A stretch of DNA of 64,000 bases, from contig MU057202.1 of the NCBI GenBank assembly GCA_013239625.1, positions 3,299,101 through 3,363,100 of the forward strand, written 5' to 3'. Made by a program: the position numbers and the translations under genes. The notes under the pieces were generated by a model, which was not told where the DNA came from, made no database searches, and was given only the letters and a program-made list of their open reading frames with translations. The stretch is from Lama guanicoe (Eukaryota). Positions 1-10,785 of the stretch are shown here, one piece after another (position 1 is the first letter of the stretch; every line of letters begins with the position of its first letter).

Positions 1-817
1 AGTTAGAACACAATTAAGGAGTCCCAGGCCCAAGTCCACGTCAAGGTCAAGACACAGGGCGAGGCCTCTGCAGGCCCTGGGTTCAGCCCCACGGAGCAGG
101 GGCAGACAACAGAGCATCCTTTAGCCTTCTGCTGAGAACCAGAGGGCGAGTGAGCCCCCATCAGAGAAATCCTCACCTCTGGCAATCTGACCCCGCAACC
201 CTAAATCCTGTAAACTGAAAAGTCAGAGGCAGCCTGCTTGGGCAAATGTGCTCCATTCAGCAAATGTTGACCCTTATCAGTAACACAAGGAGCCATCAGG
301 CGTAAGGGGGCTCAGGGAGGCTCTCCATCCTCTGCCTGCCCAGAGCCACGTTCACCTCTTATCCTCCTGCCCCAGGACTTGGGGACACGTGCACCTGGCC
401 ACCCATACGCCGTTTCGTGTGCACACGCTTGTCTTCTCCACGGGCAGCCAGCTCCACGCCATCCCTCACATCCACGGCCAGTGCACGTTCACGTGCACAC
501 GCTCACCTTGACCCGGTCATAGAGAATCACGACATGGACCCCAGCCTCGTTCCCCTGGGCGTCCACTAGTGTGTCCTTCTGTGGGCACCCCACAAAGCCT
601 GTGGGGAGACAGCACGGGGGCCATCCTAGGGGCTGCTCAGACCCCACCCACCTGTCCCCGTGGCATCCTAGAGAGGGAATGCAGGGCTATCCAGGGATAA
701 GGGAGAAGACACAGCCCTCGTGTTGCAGGGGGCCCACTGCCCTGCCCCAGGTCGTAGGCAGCCGCCTCTGCTGCCAGGGTGCCCCCTTCAGGCTATGCCT
801 GCCTCTCGCCCCCACAG

Positions 818-1051
818 AAGACGTCTTCCCCTGCAAGGACTGCGGCATCTGGTACCGGAGCGAGCGGAACTTGCAAGCCCACCTCCTCTACTACTGTGCC
901 AGCCGCCCGGGCTCCGGATCCCCCGCCACAGCCGTCCCCGACGAGAAGCCCAAGGAGACTTACCCCAACGAGCGCATCTGCCCCTTCCCCCAATGTCGCA
1001 AAAGCTGTCCCAGTGCCAGCTCCCTGGAGATCCACATGCGTAGCCACAGCG
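818..1051 (+). CDS. ZFPM1: ZFPM1 (FOG1) internal coding exon: zinc fingers 1 (CCHC) and 2 (C2H2)
   Basis: Translates DVFPCKDCGIWYRSERNLQAHLLYYCASR...YPNERICPFPQCRKSCPSASSLEIHMRSHS, recognisable FOG1 sequence. Acceptor cccacag|aag (tandem NAGNAG, alternative start 821); donor G|gtgagg. Confidence 0.96.
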
Positions 1052-1326
1052 GTGAGGCCCCACACCCCCACCAAAACCATGTGGGCTCGACACACCTGTC
1101 CCGGGGTTGCCCACCAGCCGGGGATGTGCTGGGAGGGGGTCCTCCCACCTGCCCAGGGCACCTGGCCCATCCACAACCACCTGGACAGCCAGCTTGGGGC
1201 TGGGCCCCTGCCAGATCCTGGGAACAAGGGCCAAGGAGGCTGAGTTTAGGGCCCTCCGCATGGCCTGCCGCGGCCCCCGGCCAGCTGGGCTTGGGACCCA
1301 CCCCCTCAATGGGCCCTGTGTTCCAG

Positions 1327-1422
1327 GAGAGCGCCCCTTCGTGTGTCTCATCTGCCTATCTGCCTTCACCACCAAGGCCAACTGTGAGCGGCACCTCAAG
1401 GTGCACACAGACACACTGACCG
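1327..1422 (+). CDS. ZFPM1: ZFPM1 coding exon: zinc finger 3 (C2H2)
   Basis: GERPFVCLICLSAFTTKANCERHLKVHTDTLT; acceptor ttccag|, donor |gtaggt; phase 1/1, consistent with neighbours. Confidence 0.96.
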
Positions 1423-1507
1423 GTAGGTGGGAGCCAGGAAGGGGTCAGACAGGGGGCGTCTCTGGGGCCCACCCACCCAGGGTCCTGATACCACAGCCTG
1501 CCTGCAG

Positions 1508-1654
1508 GGGTCTGTCACAGCTGTGGCTTCATCTCCACCACAAGGGACATCCTCTACAGCCACCTGGTGACCAACCACATGGTCTGCCAGCCGGGCTCTA
1601 AGGCTGAGATCTACTCACCAGGGGCCGGGCACCCCACTGCCAAGCTCCCCCCAG
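1508..1654 (+). CDS. ZFPM1: ZFPM1 coding exon: zinc finger 4
   Basis: GVCHSCGFISTTRDILYSHLVTNHMVCQPGSKAEIYSPGAGHPTAKLPP; acceptor cctgcag| after an 85-bp intron; donor |gtgagc. Confidence 0.95.
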
Positions 1655-1853
1655 GTGAGCCCCGGGGGCCCCCTGAGGACCGGGGAGGGGGAGGCAGGCT
1701 AGTCCGTGAGAGGGGGTTGGTGTCAGTCTCGGCCTTGGCAGCCACAGCCTTTGCCCAGCGCAGCAATCCCTTCCTGCCCTCCCCCGCCCTCAGGTCTGGC
1801 CCAGGCAGGTCCTGCTCCAGCCCTGAAGTGTGGCCCCTGGGGTCTTCCTGCAG

Positions 1854-3554
1854 ACAGCCTGGCCGGCTTCCAGCAGCACACGGCATTGCACGGTCCTTTG
1901 GCCTCTGCTGACCTGGGCCTAGCTACTGCCCCATCGCCTGGACTGGACAGGAAGGCGCTGGCCGAGGCCACCAACGGAGAGGCCAGAGCGGCCCCCCAGA
2001 ACGGGAGCAGCGGCGAGCCCCCCGCGACCCCCAGGAGCATCAAGGTGGAGGCGGCAGAAGAGCCCGAGGCGGAGCCAGGGCCCCCGGCCCCGTCGCGCAC
2101 GCCATCGCCGCCCAGCCCCAGCCCGGTGCGCGTCAAGGCGGAGCTGTCCAGCCCCACACCCGGCTCCAGCCCGGGGCCCGGCGCGCTCTTTCTGCCGCAG
2201 TTGCCCGCGGCGCCCCCGGCCTCCGAGATCCTGGCCAAGATGTCTGAGCTGGTGCACAGCCGGCTGCAGGCGGGCGCGGGGGTGGGCGCTCCGGCTGGCC
2301 TCTTCGCGGGGGCTCCCAAGGGCGCCACGTGCTTCGAGTGCGACATCACCTTCAACAACATCAACAACTTTTACGTGCACAAGCGCCTCTACTGCTCCGG
2401 CCGCCGCCCGCCCGCCGCCGGGCCCCCCGCCCGCAGGCCCAAGGCGGCCCCCGCCCCGCCGCGCGCGCCCCCAGCCCCGCCGCCTGCCGAGGCCGACGCA
2501 CCGTGCTCGTCGCCGGGCCCCGGGACGCGCGAGGACGAGGCCAGGAGCGCGGTCACGCCCGAGGCCGAGGCCGAGGCCTGCGGCCGGGGCAGCGAAGGCA
2601 GCCTGAGCCCGGGCAGCGGGGCGGACGAGGACGACGACCCCCGCCGGACGCTGTGCGAGGCCTGCAACATCCGATTCAGCCGCCACGAGACCTACACGGT
2701 GCATAAGCGCTACTACTGCGCCTCGCGCCACGACCCACCGCCGCGCCGGCCGGCACCTGCTGGGACCCCCGGGTCCCCCGCGCCCGCCGCGCCGCCGGTG
2801 CGAACGCGCAGGCGCCGCAAGCTCTACGAGCTGCACGCGGCCGGCCCCGCCCCGTCGCCGGCCGGCCCCGCCCCTCCCGCTGCGCCAAGGCGGAGGTGGA
2901 GGTGGAAGCTGTTCCACTCCTGCCGAAGGCCCCATCGACCTGAGCAAAAAGCCGCGGCGCCAGACGCCAGCCGCCGCCACCCCGGGCCCCGCGCCGGGCC
3001 TGCCGGCCCTGGCCGACTACCACGAGTGCACGGCCTGCCGCGTGAGCTTCCACAGCCTAGAGGCCTACCTGGCGCACAAGAAGTTCTCGTGCCCCGCCGC
3101 CCTGCGCCGCCTGCGCGCCTCCCCCGAGGACCCGCCCGCCGTCGTGTGCCCCTACTGCCCCCCGAACGGCGTAGTCCGCGGCGACCTCATTGAGCACTTC
3201 CGCCTGGCGCACGGCCTGCTGCTGGGCAAGCCCCCGGCCGGCCCCGGCGCCGAGGCCCGGACGCCCTCGCCCGCCGCCCAGCGCGACGGCCTCAACGGCC
3301 AGGACCTGCGGGAGCCGCCCGCCGGCAGCCCACGGCCCGGCCCGCCGCCGGCCCCGTCCCCTGAAGCTGTGCCGGCGCCCCCCTCCCACTCGGACAAGGG
3401 TGTGCAGACCCCCAGCCAGGGGTCAGCGGCCCCCGTGCCCAACGGCAACCACAGGTACTGCCGCCTGTGCAACATCAAGTTCAGCAGTCTGTCCACCTTC
3501 ATCGCCCACAAGAAGTATTATTGCTCCTCGCACGCGGCCGAGCACGTGAAGTGA
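1854..3554 (+). CDS. ZFPM1: ZFPM1 terminal coding exon: zinc fingers 5-9 and CtBP-binding PIDLS motif; apparent frameshift at ~2845-2920
   Basis: Acceptor cttcctgcag|AC. First frame: DSLAGFQQH..., [54 protein letters not shown]. Second frame: [12 protein letters not shown] (2925-2960), [63 protein letters not shown], stop TGA at 3552-3554. Confidence 0.93.
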
Positions 3555-3700
3555 GCGCCGCGCGCGGAGGGTGGAACCTGCGCGCCTGCTCTCTAGGGGC
3601 CGCCACGGGCCTGGGCACCCTTGCTCCTGGGAAACGCTCCAAGCACAGGCTTCAGCACAGGGGCTGCAGGGGGCAGACCCCGCTTGGACCTTTGGCACTT

Positions 3701-3706
3701 AATAAA
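3701..3706 (+). terminator. ZFPM1: ZFPM1 polyadenylation signal (AATAAA), giving a short (~170 nt) 3' UTR
   Basis: Canonical AATAAA 147 nt after the stop codon, in otherwise very GC-rich DNA. Confidence 0.85.
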
Positions 3707-6700
3707 GAAGTTCAGTTTGATGAGCACAGTGGTGGAGCAGCCTAGTTCTCTAAGCAAAGGGGCCCTGCAGGGTAGGCGCACGCATGGCCAGCACCACCAC
3801 CAAGAACACACAGGCCACTGCAGACAGGAGTCAGAAGCCCAACTCCAGGCTGATGGCACTGCCCTGGGCCCCTTTGGGGGCACAGGAAGAGCAGGCACGG
3901 CCCTTCTAGGTCCACTGCTCCCACCACCCCAGGACGCAGCCAGAAGCTCTGGTTTGATCACCAGACACCAAAGGGAAGAGCTGGGTCCTAACCAGCCTAC
4001 AGTTCTCCTGTCTGCGTGGGTCTGGGGCCTCGATGTCACCTGTACAGCCACAGGCCACCAAGGATTCCGGGAATGGGAGCATCACGGGGGAGGATGCAGC
4101 CCTGTGGTTGCCCCAGCTGATGGGGGAAGAAGGGCGAAACAGCAGACAGGCCCCAGGAAAGAGAGTGGACCAGGGAGGGGCACCAGGGCCCACAGCGACC
4201 CCTAGGGCGAGGGGGAGCCTGTCCTAGAGTGGGGGTGGCAGTGGGCACAAGGACTAATGTCACACACCCCCAGTCTGCCCTGCGGGGGCAGCATAAGTCA
4301 CGACCAAGCCACAACTTGTGGTCTTGCCACTTGGCAACAAGGTGGCGGTGGGCACCGTCCAGCCTGGTGTCCCTTAGCTTGAAGTAGCGTCTTTTCCAAA
4401 TATAATCTTACCTAGAACCTTACTGCAGATTAAAGTGCAATCTGACCGACTTTCTCTGCCCCCAAATACCAGAGGTGCTTCCTGCCACGTAGCCAGACTC
4501 ACTCTCCAGCTCAAGGCAAGCTCCCTCCCACCCAGCCCTCAGAGGTGAGGCCAGGGAGCCTGGGTTTGGACAAGCACAGTCCTCAGGCCCATCTGACACT
4601 CCCTTCCGCTGGCCCTAAGTACCAGGCCGTGACCAGGCAGGGCCACCGGACAGGCCAGGGCCCCAGGGAGCTGAGCTGCCTTCCTGGTAAGGACCGTCCC
4701 TGACTCTGCCCTCCTGGGTTGGGACTGGGAGGCTTACGGACCCCTCAGTCCTGCTCCTCGTTTGCATTGTTCTGCATTAATTTGCGTGGAGAGTTCGAGT
4801 TTCCACCCCCGAGTCTGGCCACCAAAGGCCGACATCGCTCTGTTCTCAAAACGTTAAACCTAAGGCAAAGTGCATGTCCGTCCCTGGCTGCTGGTGAGCA
4901 CAGATGCTGGAAGGGGAGGCAGGCATCCTGCACACCCCATCCCTGCAAACGCCAGTGGGAGGCAGTGCTGCACTGAAAAGGGCTTCAGTTTCCATGCCCT
5001 TAGTGGGGGAGGAGGGGCTCCACCATCCTGGAGCCCCTTCTGAGAGCGCAGCTCCAGAGCCTGAGCTGACCCCTGACCCTCTCCTCAGGCCTGAACTGCT
5101 GGCCAGGCCGAGCCCTGTGCCAGGGAGGTCCCGGGCCCTGGAACTGGGCTCTGTCCCATCCCCCGACACCCCCACTGATGCAGGGCAGGCACCTACTGTC
5201 CTCGCCCAGTTCAAGGTCCCCTGTGCTGGGCTCGCCCACCCACAGCCCCCAGCATCCCTTCGCCCTCCTCGGACCCCGTCTCCCACACACCCTGCCGCCT
5301 CCTCAAGCCAAGACCTAGCCAGCCCCCTTCGCCCCTGCGTCTTCTCCCTATGTCTGCGCAGATGTCACCATCAACCATCTGCCCCTGGAGTGGGTGACAG
5401 TGCAGCACCCTCACGTATGCACACCTCACCATCAGAAGCAACTTGTGATTTCGCCAGACCCGTCTCTGCCCACCCGCCGTCCACCGTCTGGCTCCCAGGT
5501 CCCCTTGGTTCTCTCTCCACCACCGCTTCCAAACCTGCCAGCACGTCTGGTTGCCTGCGGGGACGCCTGCCGCTGCTCCCCCGCCCCGGCCGCACCCTGC
5601 CAGAGGCCCTGGCTGCTGCCTGGCTGGGTGGCTGGGAGCCCAGGTGGCGCCCCACCCTGCTGCAGGCCTTCTGGGCTTCTTGCTGCTCCTGTAGGCACCT
5701 TGGCACAGTCTGCTCCCCGGCCAGGTGGCCTGTCTGGAGACCTGCCCCAACCCCCCCGTCCTACCACCTGGCTGTTCCTCCTGTAAGGGCGCTCCCTCCA
5801 GGGATCTAGTTTCTCTTACCTCTTGCCCCTCCCCCATGGACCTCGCAGCCTTGACCACTGCCTCCTGGACACCTGATCCATGGCCTGGCCCCAGGGAGTG
5901 GCACGTGGTCACTGACGTCACAAGGGAGTGAGAGGACTAGCAGAGACAACGGGTGACCTCCTCTCCCCCAAACCCCCTCGTCTACAGCCGCCCCCTGAAG
6001 CCCACCCTGCCCATCTGCTGCCCCCTCCCCCCGCCTTCCTCCATCCCGTTCTCCACTGGTCTCCTGCCTTTGACTGCCCCCCATGCTGTGCCAGCTGCAC
6101 CTCTCCGGGGCCAGCTCTGACCAGGTGACACCGTGTCCCAGGTCCTCAGCACACAGGTCACACAGTCCATGTTCAAGGCCACCCGCCACCCAACCCCAGA
6201 GTCCTGGGTGCAGATCTCCCACAGGTCGTTGCTGCCAGCAGCCCTGCACACCCCTGGGAACACCTGGCTCTAGGAAGCGCTGGTGGTCATTCCTGGCACC
6301 AGGGGTCAGCAGCAGACCAGGGGACAGGTGCTTCAGGCCGGCCAAGCTGCCCACCCTGTCTCCTGAGGAGGCAGAAGGGAGGTGGGGCAGGTAGTGGTGG
6401 GAGGTGGCGGGATCACAGCTGCAAAGGGAAGGAGTGAGAACACGGAGGAGGGCTATGTGCTAGTAGGCGGCCTGGCAGAGTTCGGAGGCACGTTGGTCTT
6501 CACAGAAGGGGAGGAGCAGCAGAGATAACTGGCCAGCGCAGGAGGGGCCTGACGGTCAGGCCCCGGGTGCAGGGTGCATGGGAGCAGGCAGTGGCCCCCG
6601 GCAGGGCCCTGGCGGGCACCAGGCGGCAATAAGCTCGGTGCCGACCTCCTGCGGGTATCCCACAGCTGGCCTTAGGTGCTGGGAATGATGCTTCTGCCGC

Positions 6701-9289
6701 CACCCTGGAGGTCAGCTTCCACCCTCCCACCACTGTCCTCCAGGGAGGCACAACAGGCTCAGGGAGGGGCGTGGCTTCCCACCGCTCCAGCCACTGCTAG
6801 GAGCATTGCAGCCTGGTGCACAGACAGCCCTGCCCTGCCAGGCACTCAGCCGCTTCAGCCACCTCGGATCTCTGACCAGGGTTCCCCCCACCCAGGGCCC
6901 AGCCTTGCACACAGACCTGCCCTCGCCTGGGGCCCTCCATGGGAGCAGCTTAGAGAAGTGGACCCAGGGTGTCTGCTCCTGGGCAGCCAAGACTGGCCGC
7001 TTTCCCTCTAGGGGACAGCCTCCCCACCACTGTGGTTCTCTGGGACGTGGGTGGTCCCGGTTGCCAAGAGCACTCTTCCAAGACGGCAGCACCAGCACCA
7101 CCCGAGCTGGTGAAGGAGCCTGGGAATCTGTGTCGATCAGCTCCCAGCAGATTCTTCCCTGGCAAGTTTGAGACACACCTGCACAGCAGGTGCTCAGACA
7201 CTGTTTGAGCCGTTCTAACCTAACAGAGACAGACTTGACACAGGACCTTTGTCAGCTGGGACGGATCTCAGCCACTGGGAGCCTGGCTGGGACGACGAGA
7301 CCACGCCTCCCCCCTCAGGATGCGTGCTTCACCACCCGGTGTTCCAGACACTCCACCCCAACACCATTCTGCCTTCAGCCTTCATCGGATGAGCCCTTGG
7401 AAGCCCTGGCCGGCTAAGCCCAGGCCACGCTGTGAGAACAGCAAGGTGGGGGGTGCGTGCTGTAGCTCCACCACCAACACAGAAGGCACCCCGCGCAGAG
7501 CGCTGCCGGCTCCCAACCCTGAAGGGCACACGCTGGGAAAACTGGCCAAGATTTCACAGGGTCCCATCACGTTAGTTACCCAGGGACTTGCGAGTGGGAG
7601 CCACACCCGGTGTCAATCCCACAGAGGCTCCAGGCAGCACCCCCAGGAGGCGGGGGACCCTTCCTGACGCTGTGCCTCCAGGCTGCTCCCTGCCTGCCTG
7701 GATGAGCCCCCATCCCCAGGTGGCCAGATCTCTAGCTGCCTGTCTCAGCCGGGCGGAAAACAGGGCGCGGGGCGAGGGCTTGGCAGGAGATCGAGACCCG
7801 AAACACACCTGCGGCCCCTGTCCTCTGTCCACAGCTGGGTGTCTCCCGGGTCTGTGACTTGATGCTGGGCAGAAGGAAAGCTTCTAGCCAGACACACTCG
7901 CTTGCACACCCACACGCATGCACCCTGCCTCTCGTGTGCAGACGGTGCACTGACGGTGCGATCTCACAGGAAGAGCACCCTTACAGGAGTTCCCCGGCGG
8001 GGGCTGGGACACATCCCTCTGCTGGTTTCTCTGGGTTCCCTGGATGTCACCTTCCCCGCGCCCAAGGCCTCTGCAGGGACACCCCCGACAGGCAGGTCTC
8101 TGCCACTTAACAATGTGAACGTGCGAGATCCCGGCGTCCCCACAGGCCGCCTGCAGCTGACAGAACACCATGTGTCATGGTGAGGTGCAGGCAAAGCTGG
8201 ACCCGCCACCTCATCAGGTCCTGCTTGAAACCGAGGTGCTCCGAGCTCCCTGGAAATCACATGTCAACACTCAGGGTGACACAGGCTGGCTCTGTGAGCC
8301 AGCACCGAGAACTCTCAACAAGGATGCCAGGAGGCCATGCAGCACGCAGGTGCCGCCTAACTGTGGGTTCACAAGGGTGCCTGTTTGTGCTCAGACAGCA
8401 TGAGGGCAGCGTGATGGCCCAAAGCTGTCCACGTCCTAAGCCCCAGAACCTGAGCCTGTTTCTCCCCGGGGCAAAGGAGAATCAAGGTGCTCATCCAGTG
8501 ATGCTGAGATTGGCCCCGGATCCCAGAGGGACAGGCTCGTGCAGAGAGCAAGACCAGCGGGCAGGGCAGACTGGCCAGAGTGGCAGAGGACTGAGCCCCG
8601 GATTTTGAGAATCCCCCAGCACAGCCGGTGTGCCAGGTCCGGACCTGGACACACCCAGACTCAGCCCTCTCTCTGGGGCTTCCCTGAGCGATGTCTCACA
8701 TCTGCACTGGACAGAGCGCAGCCCCAGGGCACCCTGGGGAGAGCAGCGCGAGCTCGCCTGGCGGATGTTTGAGAACCGCGGTAAAGGGATTTCACCGGCG
8801 CTGCTGCCCGGCCCCCCTCCAGCCACCTCCTGGGGAGATGAAGGCAGCGGCCCCTGCAGAGGCCGGCAGGGGAGCGGGGGCGGGGGGAGAAGGGGGCACA
8901 CACCTCCTGTGCTTTTACACCAGCGGCTCTGAGTGTGCACCCCAAGATCCTGTTCTGACCGCAGCTGCACGAGAGGCACAAAGGCCAAGGCAAGTGTGAC
9001 ACATGGACCGCAGCACAGCCCCAGGCAGCAGTCCGTGACTCGGCCTCTTCTGTCCGATAAGTAACACTTGAGAGCCCCTCCCCGGGTCCAGGACCCCTCC
9101 TCTCCTCCCTCTGACTGAAGCCGCGACCGGGCAGGAGTCCATTCCAGGTTACCACTGGGCGGTCGACAGTCGGGGTTCTCTGGGGACACCCTCGTTTTCG
9201 CTCTCGCCTCTGTCTGCTGACAGCCTGTGACAGCGCCGGGGACGCCGGGCTCTCCCTGCCGTCTGGGGTTCTCTCACTGCTCACCTGCG

Positions 9290-10785
9290 ATGGGCAGGCC
9301 CCTCCTAAGGCCCCCAGGACACTTCTTTAGGCTGATTCAACACATTCGAGACCTCCACCTTCAGGAGGTGGTCAAACCCAGACTTCTCGCCTTCCTTGGC
9401 AGTACTGCATGGCCACAATATAAACTTGACAATGGCAGCCAATGGCCCAAAAATGGCACTTTTGATTTGCACATTCTCAAAGATGTCGACAATTTCCTCC
9501 AGTGCCATGGGAAGTGGTCAGGGGCCCCCATCTCCAAGCCTTTTGGTGCCTCCGATCTCGTCGCTCCCTCTGCCGGTCCTGCTCTCCCCACCAGACCCCC
9601 TCCTACGTGAACCCCCTCCTCGGCAGCCCCAGCTCCCCAAAACAAAAGCCGACCCCGAAAATCCTCTCACCCCCACCAATCCTTCCTCATTCGAATTCAG
9701 CTGCAAAGACAAACCCCCTCCTTCTCTCCACAACCCCGACCCTCTCCGCCGAGGCCCCCCTCCCCCCCACACATGAGATCTCGCACCCAACCGTCAGCCC
9801 GACTCCACAACCCCTCCGTGAGGTGGCCGGCACCGATGGCATCCTCTGAGTCCGTGTCCCCTTTCCCTCTCCGACCTCTCAACCATTGAAAACGATGCGG
9901 GTCGTACTCGGCAGACCCTGTCACCTTCCAGAAAAGAACTGCTGTATCTCACCCGGCCCTGTGGCCTGGCCTGGCGTGACATTCACTTCCCTCACGTCTC
10001 CCGCGAGGACCGGGGCGTATCTGGGTGTCAGCTGAGGGCCATGCTGCCACTCTCCGCCAGCAATGCCCCAACAATCACCCCGGCGGCGGCAGCGGTCCCC
10101 AAGACAGACCCCGACTGAGACTGTCAGGCAGCCTCCCTAGGCCGCCCAGGGCGTGCCCATCCCGTTACCTGCCTCCTGACAGGCGTGGGAAAGGCGGCCC
10201 TGAGAGCCGTTAATTATGAAAAGGGCGAGGAGATCACCCAAGGTCTGGACGAAAACCCTGCCCTCTTCCTTCCTCGTCTTGCTGAGGCCACGCAAATTAT
10301 ACCGGCCCCGACCCCGATTCCAGGGAGGGCCGCGCTTACCTTCATCTACATTTCACATCCCAGTCCGCCCAGACATCAGGAAAAACCCACAAAAACCAGA
10401 AGGCGGTCCGCAAACCCCTCAGCGAGACCTCATAAAAGTGGCCTTCAAGGTCTCCAGCAGCAGAGAGGAGGAGGGAAAAGCCTTAAAGGGAAAGCGCGGT
10501 CAGGCCAAACGCCAGGTGCTGGCGAAGGCCCCACAAGAAGGGGCAGCGTCTTCCCAAAGACAAAGGACCTGGGGGCCCCCGGCGCCTGCCTCAGGCGCGG
10601 CAAAACTGCCCGTCGGGCAAGCGCTGCCCCAGCCCTAGGCCCCCACCAGGGCCCTGCCCGCCCTGCAAGCAAAAGGGACACTGGAAACTGGACCGTCCTC
10701 GGCAGTACCCCTCTGGCCTGAGCACACCCCGATCCCTGTCCACTCTGCCGTGACTCAGCTCCTCGGCCGGGCCACTGAAGACCGA
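9290..10785 (+). pseudogene. gag: ERV gag remnant (MA, CA/MHR, two NC zinc knuckles)
   Basis: MG start at 9290; TAWPQYKLDNGSQWPKNGTFDLHILKDVDNF..GKWS then, after a frameshift, QAFWCLRSRRSLC. MHR-like AVNYEKGEEITQGLDENPALFLPRLAEA (~10206-10290). Degenerate knuckles GACLRRGK.. and GPCPPCKQKGHWKLD (~10650-10695). Confidence 0.88.

Noticed and set aside
1919-2980. Long antisense and alternative-frame ORFs over the ZFPM1 last exon
   Set aside because: Shadow ORFs caused by extreme GC content and few stop codons.
4904-5921. 301-aa and 236-aa ORFs downstream of ZFPM1
   Set aside because: Low-complexity P/A/G/S composition, no recognisable motifs; expected by chance at this GC level.
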